Positions 47,581 to 57,948 are shown, numbered from the stretch's first letter. The stretch is DNA of 64,000 nt from an uncultured Chloroflexia bacterium (GCA_963713975.1 OY970218.1:1664001-1728000), one strand, 5' to 3'. Notes: a model not told the origin generated them from the letters alone. Numbers and translations: made by a program.

Positions 47581-48612
47581 TCATCCTTCGAACCTCCGCA
47601 GGACGAGGTTCGCCCACGTGGTGATGCGCTCCTGGTGTTCGGGCAGGTCGGCGTCGATCGCCCCGTCGAACCGGCTGGCGCCGGCCGCCATCGCGAGGCG
47701 GATCTGCGCCTCCACCTCCTCGGCTGTCCCGGCGAACACGAACCGGCGCTGCACGTACTCGGCAACCCCCAGTCGCTGGGCGAGGGCCGCGTACTCGTCC
47801 TTCTGGCGATCGGGCACGGCGCCGTGACTGACGTAGTCGTACCGGCGGCCAAGCTCCATGATCCCCTCCTGGAGCTCGGGAGGGATGAACTTGCCTTCCA
47901 CGCCGGTCCGTGCGACGTGCGCCGCGAACGACGTCGCCGCCCATGCCCCCTGCCGCCGGGCCACGCCCGGGTCCGGGTCGACGAACCAGAAGCACGTGAA
48001 CCACACGTCGAGGTCCTCGACCCGCCGACCTGCCTCTCGTGCGCCGGCGTCGATCAACTCGAGTGAGCCCTCGACGACCTCGGGCGTCACGCCAAGACCG
48101 ACGATCACGCCGTCGCCGATGCGTCCGGCCAGCCGCAGCGCCCTTGGTCCATGTGCGGACACGATGATGGGGACGTGCCGCCGCGCCCACGGCAGGATGA
48201 CCCTGGCGCCCGCGTACTCCGCTTCGCCATCCTCGAGCAGCCGGCGGACGGTCAGCACGTATGACTCGAGCTCCTCGAGCAGGCTTGCGCCATGGCCCGC
48301 GTGCATCACGCCGGTGCCGCCGGACCCGATCCCGATGTAGGTGCGATCGGGCGCCAGGTCGGCGACGCTCGCAGCGGCGCTGGCCGTCACCAGCGGGTGC
48401 CTCGTCCGCGGGTTGGTGACCCACGTGCCGATACGCGCGCTGTGCGTGTCACGCGCCACGGCGCCCAGCACCACCCAGGGTTCACGGAACAGGGCGGGGG
48501 AGTCCCAGATCCCGATCCGGCGATACCCGAGGCCCTCGGCGAGGGCCGCCTCCCGGGCAACGCCATCGGCCGGGCCTGGTGTCACGCTGAAGCCGAACTC
48601 GGGCCTGAGCAT
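47581..48612 (-). CDS. LLM-class flavin/F420-dependent oxidoreductase (Mer-like)
   Basis: AEGLGY..IGIWDS, IGTWVTNPRTRHPLVTASA, IGIGSG, AHGPRALRLAGRIGDG. Confidence 0.9.
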   Translation of the reverse strand: MLRPEFGFSVTPGPADGVAREAALAEGLGYRRIGIWDSPALFREPWVVLGAVARDTHSARIGTWVTNPRTRHPLVTASAAASVADLAPDRTYIGIGSGGTGVMHAGHGASLLEELESYVLTVRRLLEDGEAEYAGARVILPWARRHVPIIVSAHGPRALRLAGRIGDGVIVGLGVTPEVVEGSLELIDAGAREAGRRVEDLDVWFTCFWFVDPDPGVARRQGAWAATSFAAHVARTGVEGKFIPPELQEGIMELGRRYDYVSHGAVPDRQKDEYAALAQRLGVAEYVQRRFVFAGTAEEVEAQIRLAMAAGASRFDGAIDADLPEHQERITTWANLVLRRFEG

Positions 48613-48760
48613 CCGGCGCCCCGCTAGCGATGAATCATTTCAACGGATCGTCGCGCCATCGTAGACCAAGCCCTGGGCACGTTTGACGTCGCGTTCTGAT
48701 CGGGGCCGCCTTGAGGTGCACAGATCAGGGCAGACGCCGCCAACGGTTCCGCTGCCGTCC

Positions 48761-49246
<486 letters not shown>

Positions 49247-49413
49247 GGCCCAGTACCTCTCGTCTGGGACACCGGCACTGTGACGCTGGTTGGCCCGCAG
49301 TTGTGACCGCCGGACGAACCCCTGTGGTGTGGGTCGGGCAGCGTCGAGGAGGCATCCGGGCAGGGACACATCCTGGGCTCCCAGAGGTTCGGGTCGATCG
49401 CTACGCTTGGACG

Positions 49414-50526
49414 ATGCCGTCGGGAGAGATCGCGGATCGCGAGGCGTCCTCGTCCTCGGTCCCCACCGCGCCCGCCGGCGACACGATCGCGGTCCCTCAC
49501 CCGGCGCGTCGCGCCGACCTCGAGCTGTTGCGCGTGATCGCGATGGTGATGGTCGTGACGATCCATGCGACATCGGGGTCGATCCTGATCGGCGAACGGA
49601 CCGGCGCCGGGGTCACCTACTGGATCGCCCTGGCTGCGAACGAGGCATCTCGGTGTGCGGTGCCGGTGTTCTTCGCGGTCTCCGGGTGGGCGCTGCTCCG
49701 TCGCGATGGCCCGTGGGACGATGCGTGGCTATGGCGAAGGGTCACCCGGCTCGGCGTCCCACTGCTGGTCTGGTCTGGCGTGTACCTGCTCGAGGAGGCG
49801 GTTCGAGGCATCGTGGTTGGGGCGACTCCATGGGCGGCTGCGGGGAGCCCGGGCGCCTGGTTGACGGCCAGGTTCGTCCAGTTCGTCGACGGCCACGGTG
49901 ATCGCGCTCACCTCTGGTACCTGTATGCCGCCATTGCGATCGCCGTTGTGGTCTGGCTGATCGGCGCCGCCAGAGGCAGGCAGGGCCGCGCGGCCCCGTA
50001 CTTGATTGCCTGCCTTGCCCTGATCGTGCCCGTTGGCCTTGCCGAGGCACTTGGGAGCACCGCGCGCTGGGCCGATGTCGCGTGGAGCCTCGGCTATACA
50101 GCGCTCGGCTTCTGGCTGATCGAGCAACGCCCACGGCGCTGGGTAGGCGCTGCCCTCTACCTGGTCGGCGTCATCGTGATGATCGGCCTCACCGCGCTGT
50201 TCGGCTACGACACGTGGCCGACAGCCTATGCGTCGCCTTTCGTCGTCACGGCCACCGTAGGGTTGATCTGGCTGGTGCAGGGCGTCACCGTCCCCGAGCG
50301 GTGGGTGGCGATGGTCATCTCGCTCGGGTCCTTGAGCCTCGGTGTCTACCTCGTCCACCCGTTGATGCTCGACGTGGTGAGGACGCTGATGCTCACGGGC
50401 TGGCCCCTTGCCGTGCTCTCGCCGCTGCCTCGGTTGGCCTTGCTCTGGGGCTTCGGCGTGGCGTCCTCCGTGGCCGTGACATTCCTTTGGCATCGGTCCC
50501 AGCGCCTGACCCGTCTGCTCGGTTGA
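49414..50526 (+). CDS. Acyltransferase-3 family (WecH-like membrane O-acyltransferase)
   Basis: LELLRVIAMVMVVTIH, AVPVFFAVSG, HLWYLY, SLGVYLVHP; TACGCT -10 box 6 nt before the ATG. Confidence 0.92.
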   Translation: MPSGEIADREASSSSVPTAPAGDTIAVPHPARRADLELLRVIAMVMVVTIHATSGSILIGERTGAGVTYWIALAANEASRCAVPVFFAVSGWALLRRDGPWDDAWLWRRVTRLGVPLLVWSGVYLLEEAVRGIVVGATPWAAAGSPGAWLTARFVQFVDGHGDRAHLWYLYAAIAIAVVVWLIGAARGRQGRAAPYLIACLALIVPVGLAEALGSTARWADVAWSLGYTALGFWLIEQRPRRWVGAALYLVGVIVMIGLTALFGYDTWPTAYASPFVVTATVGLIWLVQGVTVPERWVAMVISLGSLSLGVYLVHPLMLDVVRTLMLTGWPLAVLSPLPRLALLWGFGVASSVAVTFLWHRSQRLTRLLG

Positions 50527-50700
50527 CGCGACGAGCACGCGGAGAGTCAGAGGTCCTGGCCCGTTCGGGTCGGTGACGTGGCGCACCGCGGCACGTACGC
50601 TCGTGCCAGATGCAGGAGCACGTCCTGCTGGCCGGCGTCCCAAAGCCCGCACGGCACCCCAGCCAGGATGGGCCGCACATCGAAGGGATGCCCAGAAACC

Positions 50701-51684
50701 ATGCCTGCCACCCTCGCACGACGGAGCACACTGAAGCGATCGGCGAGCATCGGGATCACCTCGGCCCTGCTCCTGCTCACCGTGGGCATGGTGCCCGCGG
50801 CCTCCGCGGCCACACTGGACCGGTTCCCGTCCTCGTACACTGAGGTCACGGGAACGATGACGGATGCGGGCAACGCCTACGCCGACGACGGGGTGTACGC
50901 GACCGCGGTGACGTCCAACGATTCGATCTACCGGTTCGGCAACTTTGGGCTCGACGCGGTTCCAGAAGGCGTCACGATCAGCTCGACCACCATCGAGGTC
51001 AAGTTCCACTACAGCGATGGCGAACGCGGCGACAGCGTAAGCGCCCACGCGTACGTCGACGGCGACTCCTACGGACCATGGATCACCAGCGAACCGGGAC
51101 CGACCGTCGACACGGTCATCCGCACGGCGGACGTCGGGATCACCGACCGTGACCAGCTGCGGGACGGCACCTTCGAAGTCGACGTCGAGTCCAATCGAGG
51201 CGGAACCACCGACCCCGAGCCGGTCATCACCCTGTTCCTCGACTACGTCAAGGTCACGGTCGAGTGGGACACTACCGGACCGGACGTTGTCGTCCCGGAC
51301 GACATGACCGTCCCGGCGACGGAAGCTGCCGGCGCCCAGGTGGACTACTTTGCCTACGCCAACGACGTGCTTGAAGGTGGCAAGGACCTGACCTGCACCC
51401 CACCCTCGGGGAGCATGTTCGAGGTCGGCACCACGACCGTTACCTGCGAGGCGGCCGACAACGCCGGCAACGTGACCAGGGAGCGTTTCACCATCACGGT
51501 CCTCGCGTTCGCTGGGGAAGGGACGGACCCGCCGCCGCCGCCCGCCACCGCACCGTCCCCCCTTCCGGAGACTTCGACCGAGGGCTCGACCGGCTCGGCA
51601 GCATGGCTCGCGGGGCTGGCGGGCATCCTGACGTTCATCCTGGTCCTTGTGATCCCGCGTGGGCGCCGGCTTCCCGTGAGGTAG
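50701..51684 (+). CDS. Cell-surface protein with HYR domain and C-terminal sorting signal
   Basis: Signal peptide; HYR DTTGP...CTPPSGSMFEVGTTTVTCEAADNAGN...FTITV; LPETS + TM + RGRR tail. Confidence 0.85.
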   Translation: MPATLARRSTLKRSASIGITSALLLLTVGMVPAASAATLDRFPSSYTEVTGTMTDAGNAYADDGVYATAVTSNDSIYRFGNFGLDAVPEGVTISSTTIEVKFHYSDGERGDSVSAHAYVDGDSYGPWITSEPGPTVDTVIRTADVGITDRDQLRDGTFEVDVESNRGGTTDPEPVITLFLDYVKVTVEWDTTGPDVVVPDDMTVPATEAAGAQVDYFAYANDVLEGGKDLTCTPPSGSMFEVGTTTVTCEAADNAGNVTRERFTITVLAFAGEGTDPPPPPATAPSPLPETSTEGSTGSAAWLAGLAGILTFILVLVIPRGRRLPVR

Positions 51685-51797
51685 GCTCGCGGCCGAGCGA
51701 CGGCACCGGGGACCCCAACTGCGGCATCTATGCAGACTGCGTCGGGTCAGCCGGCAAAGGGACGCCCGCGACACCCGTCGCAGAACAAGCGGCGCGG

Positions 51798-52955
51798 CTA
51801 CTCCTCCGGCTGACCCCGAACGCGGCGGTAGACCTGCCGGACCGCGAGGTATCGCTCGCGATCGATCGCCTCAGGAATGGCGCCTCCGTCCATGAACACG
51901 AAGCGGCCCCGCCGACCGGCGATCTCGACGGACTGCCGCAGCCCGGCCTCGATCTCATCGAGCGGCCGCTCGGCCAGGACCTTGTCGATCCCGCCGCCGG
52001 CGATCGTGAGCCGTGGGTACCGCTCCCGGATCGCGCCCAGGTCCATGCCATCGGTCGGGTCAACCGGGTTCAGCATGTCGATCCCCGTCCCGACGATATC
52101 GTCCAGGATCGCGTTGATGTTGCCGTGACAGTGCATGTGGACCACGCCGCCGGCTGCGTGGACCTCCTCGGTGAGTGCCCGGTGCCAGGGCAGGAAGTAC
52201 CGGCGATAGAGCGCCGGGCTGAGGAGCAGCCCTGCGCTGGCCCCGAGGTCGTCGCAGAACCCGATGCAGTCGACACCCGCTGCCAGCATGCGGCGGGCTG
52301 CCCGCAGGTTCCAGTCGCCGAGCAGCGCGAGCAGTCGCTGGACGAGCTCCGGTTCGAGCAGCAGGTCCGCGAGCCAGTCCTGGTAGTCGCAGAAGAAGTA
52401 GTGGCCCCCGGAGAAGAACCCGTTGACCCAGCCGACCGTGTATTCGCCCGCGGACTTGAGGTAGGCGACGTCCCGGGCGAAGCCGTCCCAGCGCGCTGGA
52501 TCGTCTGGGTCGGGCAGCACCAGCCGGTCCAGGTCGTCCATGGTCTCCACCGGGCGGACGAGCTGGTGCTTGTACTGGGGTGAGACGTTGTGGCGGTCGC
52601 GAGCCCCCGTCTCGTACTCGACCACGTAGCCGCCCTCGGACCGCTCGACGACGCGGCTGTTGAACTCGCCCGGTCCCGCGTGACCGAAGCAGAAGTTCGC
52701 GCCCCAGCCCACGCCGGTGGCGACCTGGTCGGTGAACCGGTTGTAGCCGATCGCCGTATCCAGCTCGGCGCGCTCGTGAGCCGCGAAGCCGTATGCGCCA
52801 TCCGTGGGGACGTAGTACAGGTCCGGCGGCACCAGCTCGGGCGGAACCAGGCGACGGGCGTCTGCCTCGGTGTTGAAGCCCATGTTCCAGAACGGGACGT
52901 AGTCGGGGCGTTCCCCGGCGAGGGTCGCTTCCATCCGCTCGCGATTGCTCGCCAT
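51798..52955 (-). CDS. Uroporphyrinogen decarboxylase (URO-D/MtaA-CmuA) family protein
   Basis: MASNRERMEATLAGERPDYVP, DDLG...LLSPALYRRYFLP, HMHCHG, NPVD; AAGGGAG SD. Confidence 0.9.
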   Translation of the reverse strand: MASNRERMEATLAGERPDYVPFWNMGFNTEADARRLVPPELVPPDLYYVPTDGAYGFAAHERAELDTAIGYNRFTDQVATGVGWGANFCFGHAGPGEFNSRVVERSEGGYVVEYETGARDRHNVSPQYKHQLVRPVETMDDLDRLVLPDPDDPARWDGFARDVAYLKSAGEYTVGWVNGFFSGGHYFFCDYQDWLADLLLEPELVQRLLALLGDWNLRAARRMLAAGVDCIGFCDDLGASAGLLLSPALYRRYFLPWHRALTEEVHAAGGVVHMHCHGNINAILDDIVGTGIDMLNPVDPTDGMDLGAIRERYPRLTIAGGGIDKVLAERPLDEIEAGLRQSVEIAGRRGRFVFMDGGAIPEAIDRERYLAVRQVYRRVRGQPEE

Positions 52956-53168
52956 CGCCTTGTCTCCCTTGGTCGAGGTTCGGAACGGTCGGCAGCGCGG
53001 CTGGGGGCGCCTCGAGAGTCTATGCGGGTCCAGGTGGGCCAGGGGTATCGGCCGGGGCGTGGTTGCGTGCCGGCCCTCGGTCGGACTGAGTGCGACCGCG
53101 GCCAATGGACTATCGTCCGGGCCACCAGGCCCTGTCCTCGCGGCAGGGTGACCCGGGGAGGAGCGGAC

Positions 53169-53738
53169 ATGCGCGTCTCGACCATCGCCCCCATCGTGCT
53201 GATCGGACTGGTTCTCTCGATCGGCGGATGCGGCGGATCAGGCGGGGGAGGTGGATCCGCCGGCGAAGGCTCGGCGACGCCGGCCGGCGGGGCGGCGACC
53301 GACGCGCCGCCTTCCGGGCCAGTCGACGGCGGGGATGGTGGCTCGACCACCGGCGCTTCGGATCTCGACGTGTGCTCGTTGCTCAGCGCCTCCGACGTCG
53401 AGGCGATCCTGGGCGAGCCCGCCGAAGTCGGCATCGACGACAGCAGCGTCGATCTCCGGGCCTGCCACTGGACTGGCGCGGTGAGCCCCACCGAGACCGT
53501 GGCCGTCTCGATCTACGTCCACCCGGATGCGGCCACGGCCCGCGAGCAGTACCTGTATCGGAACGACGGACTCGACGGCGTCGAGATCCTGGGTCTTGCC
53601 GATGAGGCCCTGTACGTGGAGGGGTACGGGTTGCAGGTCCTGTCGGGTCGCTACGACCTCGGGATCGACAACACCGGGGACGACCGAAAGGGGTCGAGCC
53701 TCAAGCTCGCCCAGCAGATCCTGCCGCAGCTGCCCTGA
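53169..53738 (+). CDS. Lipoprotein (DUF3558-like)
   Basis: GAGGAG SD; lipobox IGGC; DVCSLLSASDVEAILG, CHW, GLADEA. Confidence 0.75.
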   Translation: MRVSTIAPIVLIGLVLSIGGCGGSGGGGGSAGEGSATPAGGAATDAPPSGPVDGGDGGSTTGASDLDVCSLLSASDVEAILGEPAEVGIDDSSVDLRACHWTGAVSPTETVAVSIYVHPDAATAREQYLYRNDGLDGVEILGLADEALYVEGYGLQVLSGRYDLGIDNTGDDRKGSSLKLAQQILPQLP

Positions 53739-53822
53739 ACCGGGCGGACGGGCTCGCTCGGCGGATGTCGCACCTCGGCTGGCCCGATGGGGGCTTGGAC
53801 GGCGCGATCTGCGGCCGCGGCC

Positions 53823-53972
53823 GGACTCCGGGCCCCGAAAACCATGCGTGGAACAGGCGCAACCGGACTCCGGGTCCGGAAATGACGTTGTTTCCGGGCT
53901 CCGAACGGTTGCAAACAGGACTGCGGGGCGCGCGGCGGCGTGCCGGGGCAGGGTTTTCGAGACCCGGAGTCC
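53823..53972. repeat. Nested inverted-repeat element (REP/MITE-like or structured RNA)
   Basis: Outer arms GGACTCCGGGCCCCGAAAACC / GGTTTTCGAGACCCGGAGTCC; inner stems GCAACCG/CGGTTGC and CCGGAAA/TTTCCGG; CCGGACTCCGGG repeated directly. Confidence 0.55.
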
Positions 53973-54185
53973 AGGTGCTCCTGCCGAACGCGTGCTCCCG
54001 GACAGCCGCTCCGCCCGTTCGACGTCGCCGACCTTCTGGTTGCGTGTCCCTGGATGACGCGTCACGCGCCGGGCCTCAGGTGATGGGTCTGCCGAGTGCG
54101 GGCAGGGTCAGGCGGTCACGACGGTCAGGCCGAGAGCGCGAGCAGCCTGCGCCTGGCGCAGATCGAAGGTCACGGAGGGTTGCGC

Positions 54186-55019
54186 ATGGACAGGACTGAA
54201 CCGGGGACGCCGCTGCTGCGCGAGACGCGCTGGCTGGCCATCCTGATCATCCCATTCCTCGCCATCGCGTTCCTGATCCTGTACGGCTTCCCGACCGAGA
54301 CCGCGCGCCTGTTCGCGTGGAAGATCCAGCTGCCGATCACCGCGATGATGCTCGGCGCGGCGTACGCGGGCGGCGTCTGGTTCTTTGCCCGGGCCGCCCG
54401 TGCCCCTCGCTGGGATCGGGTCGCGGTCGGCTTCCCGGCCGTCGGCGCCTTCGCCACCATCCTCGGTGTCGCGACGTTCCTGCATTGGGACAAGTTCATC
54501 CACGACAGCCTGGCGTTCATCCTCTGGACGATCCTCTATGTCGTAACGCCGTTCCTCGTGTTCGGAAGCTGGTGGCGTCAGGTGCGTCGCGAGGCGGGCC
54601 ACCCCCGCACCACCTCGGTTGAGCTGCCGCGCATCGTCCGATCGCTGTTCGTCGGCATCGGCGTCGCGATGGTCATCGTGAGCGCGGGATTGTTCCTGGC
54701 GCCAGAGACTGTCGGCGAAGCGTGGCCCTGGGCGCTGACGCCGCTCACGACCCGGGTCATGAGCGCGATGTTCGTCCTGCCCGGGATCGTCGGCATCGGG
54801 CTGGGCCTCGACGGCAGGTGGTCGTCCGGGCGGATCGTCATCGAGGCGCAGCTCCTGTCGATCGGCCTGATCGTCGTCGCCCCGGTCCTGCATGCCGACG
54901 GCATCACGTTCGACCAGCCACTCGCCTGGGTCTTCTTCGGCGGGCTCATCGCGTTCGAGGCCCTGCTGGTCGCGCTGTTCGTGCTGATGGAGCGCGCCAC
55001 GAGGTCCGCGAGAGGCTAG
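54186..55019 (+). CDS. Multi-pass membrane hypothetical protein
   Basis: Internal duplication FAWKIQLPITAMMLGA / WPWALTPLTTRVMSA; about eight TM helices; GGAGG SD. Confidence 0.85.
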   Translation: MDRTEPGTPLLRETRWLAILIIPFLAIAFLILYGFPTETARLFAWKIQLPITAMMLGAAYAGGVWFFARAARAPRWDRVAVGFPAVGAFATILGVATFLHWDKFIHDSLAFILWTILYVVTPFLVFGSWWRQVRREAGHPRTTSVELPRIVRSLFVGIGVAMVIVSAGLFLAPETVGEAWPWALTPLTTRVMSAMFVLPGIVGIGLGLDGRWSSGRIVIEAQLLSIGLIVVAPVLHADGITFDQPLAWVFFGGLIAFEALLVALFVLMERATRSARG

Positions 55020-55877
55020 GGTCCCGTGCCGCCAGCACCACGATCGTCTTCGCTCGATGCGCCGGGCAGCACAAGCCGACGCGTTTCGTTCCACCGGTCG
55101 CGCCAGGCCAGCCACGCGGAGCCCGCATCGACGTTCCAGTCGGGACCGTTGAACCCGAGTGTGAACTGGGTGAAGCCCATCTCCACCAGTCGGTCCGCAT
55201 CCACGCGCAGGAAGCGATCCAGGTCATCCGGCTCGACGCCGAGGCCCCATTCGATCTCGGCCGGGTCTCGACCGACCGTGGCGCACCATCGCCTCAGGGC
55301 CGCAACCTTCGGCTCGAGCTCCTCGGGGTGCTCCGGGAAGGCTGCGTGCCACGAGTCCGCGTGCTCGGCCACGAGGCGGAGCGTGCGCTGCTCGCCCGTG
55401 CCGGCGATCAGGAGCGGCATCCGCCGCACGGGCGGCGGATTGAGTGCCGAGAGCCGCCCGCGGATGACCGGCAGGTCGCGCCCGAGATCGACCAGGCGAC
55501 TGCCGCGGGTGCCGAACGGATAGCCGTACTCGACGAAGTCCTTCTCGAACCAGCCCGACCCGATCCCGAGGATCACCCGGCCGCCGCTGACGTGGTCCAC
55601 GGTCCGGGCCATGTCCGCCAGCAGGTTCGGATTGCGGTAGGCGTTGCAGGCGACCAGCGGCCCGAGCTCGATGTGATCCGTCGCTTCGGCCCATGCGGCG
55701 AGGAGTGTCCAGCACTCGAGATGACTGCCGCCCCGATCGCCATACAGGGGAAAGAAGTGGTCCCAGGTGTAGGCGATGTCGTAGCCAAGCTCTTCCGCGC
55801 GCACCACGGCACGCCGGAGGCCCGCGTTAGTCGCCGTGCTGGGGATGGAGCTGGACGGCGATCCGGATGTGGTGCAT
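55016..55877 (-). pseudogene. LLM-class F420-dependent oxidoreductase with a +1 frameshift near codon 17
   Basis: AGGAGG SD + ATG gives MHHIRIAVQLHPQHGD-TAA; removing one A gives ...HGDYAGLRRAVVRAEELGYDIAYTWDHFFPLYG...YRNPNLLADMARTVDHVSGGRVILGIGSGW. Confidence 0.85.
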
Positions 55878-56048
55878 CGGTCCTCCTGCTGACATCGTGT
55901 AACGGCCATCCTGGACCTTCACCGCGTGTGAGTGTCAGGACAACGGTGCCCACATGATCCACGAACTCCTGCGGATCGGCACGCGCCAGGCCCGCGAAAC
56001 AAGGCGTTGATAGGGCGACCCGCGGGTCGGCTTCGGGACCATCACCCG

Positions 56049-56252
56049 ATGGACGGTGACTGGTGGATGCACGGCGGCGGGATCCCTGGAATCGTCTCGG
56101 TCTACTTCCGTGACCCGGCGACGGACGCGACCGTCATCGTCCTGGGCAGCTGCTTCCGGTGCCTGGATCCCGATGGCGCGGAGTTCGATGCCACCGCATT
56201 CGGGACGCGGCTCATGGAGCTCGCCCTGGCCGAGCTGGGCGACGCGCCCTGA
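56049..56252 (+). pseudogene. C-terminal fragment of a serine hydrolase (beta-lactamase family)
   Basis: WWMHGGGIPGIVSVYFRDPATDATVIVLG matches the HxG beta-strand region; no SxxK motif upstream and only about 170 bp to the divergent gene. Confidence 0.55.
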
Positions 56253-56301
56253 GCCCTTGGCGTGTTCGCCCCGGCCAGGACTAGCCGCCGCTCAAAGCCT
56301 C

Positions 56302-57849
56302 CTAGTCCCGGTCCGCGGCGCGGGCCCCGTAGGTCGCCGGGAGGACTTCCTCGGCGAGCAAGCGGCGCAAGGCGTCGACCTGCTCGAAGGCGACGGCGTG
56401 CCCGGCGTCCGCATAGGTCACGAGCTGCTTGGACGGCGCCTCGAGCCCGTCCAGCCACTCGTGGGCCAGCTCGCGCCGGCCGCGCAGCTCGTGCTCGCCA
56501 TCGAGCAGGTACACCGGGACGTCGAGGCTCGGGACGTCGGTCCGGAAGTCGATGTCCTGGAGCTGGGGATACATCAGCGTGAACATGTCGACCAGCCCGC
56601 GGAGCAGGTTCGCGTTCTCCAGGAAGCCGTACTCGCGGCCCCCCAGCCCGAACATCCCAACGCCGCTGGCCCCGCCGCGCACGAGGTAGCTCGCGGGCGG
56701 CGTGTAGGGCGTCTCGAGCAGCTCGTACCAGGCCAGCGCCCGGCTGTTGGACCACGGCAGGTCCGCGTACGGCGGCTCGCCCATGGTGATGAGCTCGTCG
56801 AAGAGAGCCCCGTCGCCCCGCGCTCGGGCATGGGCGAGCAGGTCGCGCCAGATGATCTGGTCGGTCACGCGCTGGCTGACCATCTGGCCAGAGCCGATGT
56901 ACGCATGGAACAGGTCTGGGCGCGCCTGGACGGCGAGCACCCCGAGGGTCGCCCCCCACGATTCGCCCAGCAGGTACACCTTGTCCTCGTCGAACCGCGA
57001 CCGCAGGTGCTCGACGAGCGCGACGGTATCGTCGACGGCCGAGTCGAGCGTGAAGGTGGACACGGGCTCCAGGGCGGGGTACGACTTGCCGCTGCCGCGC
57101 TGGTCCCACACGACGAGGACGAAGTCCTGGGCCAGGGGGTCCAGGAGCGCCCGCGCGAACGCGATGTCACTCTGCCCCGGACCGCCGGAGAGGTACAGGA
57201 GCACCGGCCTGTCGGGGTTCGCGGCACGGACCGAGATGGCCTGCTCGCGCCCGTTGAGGGTGACCGCGGAGAGCTCGGCGATGCTGCCCGGGATCACGGT
57301 GCCGTCGGGCGCCAGGACGGGCGGGGTGGAGCCGGGGATGGCGACGACGAAGGCCAGCGCGACCGTGGCGGCGCCGAGGAGCCCGCCCGGGACGAGCCCG
57401 CGGGCACGGTGCGGACCGGCGAGCCAGCGCCCGACGAGGACGCCCGCCACCATCGGGAGCAGCGCGACGAGGCCGTGCACACCGCGACCGGCGACGAAGG
57501 CCACGATCCCGTACGTGACGTCGAGACGGATCGGGCCGAAGGCCGCGCCGCCAAGGCCGCCCAGCCGTGCGAGCTCGTACCCCAGCATGTAGCCGGCGGG
57601 TAGCAGGACGAGCGTCCAGCGGGTGCGAAGCAGCCGGCCGGCCACCAGCCCGAGCATGACGGACGTCGCGATCACGACGAGTCCCTGCCCGGCGGCGACC
57701 GGCCCACGGGGCATTGGCACGCTGGAGAGGAGCGCCGCAGCCGCACCGAGCGCGAGCGCGATGGTGCCGCCGGCGAGGCGGCTGGCACGGACGCCGGCCA
57801 CGAGGTGCGCGACGCGCGCCCCGAAGGGCGCCTGGGCGAAAGCGGTCAT
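56302..57849 (-). CDS. Membrane-anchored alpha/beta hydrolase (proline iminopeptidase-like)
   Basis: Four N-terminal TM helices; LSGGPG, WDQRGSGKS, GESWG nucleophile elbow, AGH; AGGAG SD. Confidence 0.9.
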   Translation of the reverse strand: MTAFAQAPFGARVAHLVAGVRASRLAGGTIALALGAAAALLSSVPMPRGPVAAGQGLVVIATSVMLGLVAGRLLRTRWTLVLLPAGYMLGYELARLGGLGGAAFGPIRLDVTYGIVAFVAGRGVHGLVALLPMVAGVLVGRWLAGPHRARGLVPGGLLGAATVALAFVVAIPGSTPPVLAPDGTVIPGSIAELSAVTLNGREQAISVRAANPDRPVLLYLSGGPGQSDIAFARALLDPLAQDFVLVVWDQRGSGKSYPALEPVSTFTLDSAVDDTVALVEHLRSRFDEDKVYLLGESWGATLGVLAVQARPDLFHAYIGSGQMVSQRVTDQIIWRDLLAHARARGDGALFDELITMGEPPYADLPWSNSRALAWYELLETPYTPPASYLVRGGASGVGMFGLGGREYGFLENANLLRGLVDMFTLMYPQLQDIDFRTDVPSLDVPVYLLDGEHELRGRRELAHEWLDGLEAPSKQLVTYADAGHAVAFEQVDALRRLLAEEVLPATYGARAADRD

Positions 57850-57925
57850 GACGGTCGATCTCCTGGAGTGAGGTCCTCCACGGGAGCCTCTACGCCGTCG
57901 AGTGAAGCCCGGCCAGGGTAGGCGC

Positions 57926-57948
57926 GTCGCCTACCCGCGGGTAGGTTC
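57926..57948. promoter_or_regulatory. LuxR-type box (locus 3, left)
   Basis: Perfect palindrome CCTACCCGCGGGTAGG (57930-57945) within GTCGCCTACCCGCGGGTAGGTTC; extra half-site GGGTAGG at 57916-57922. Confidence 0.75.

Noticed and set aside
51798-52955. Assignment as hemE
   Set aside because: Lacks the HemE RQAGR motif and has the HxC metal motif of the broader URO-D/methyltransferase-like family.
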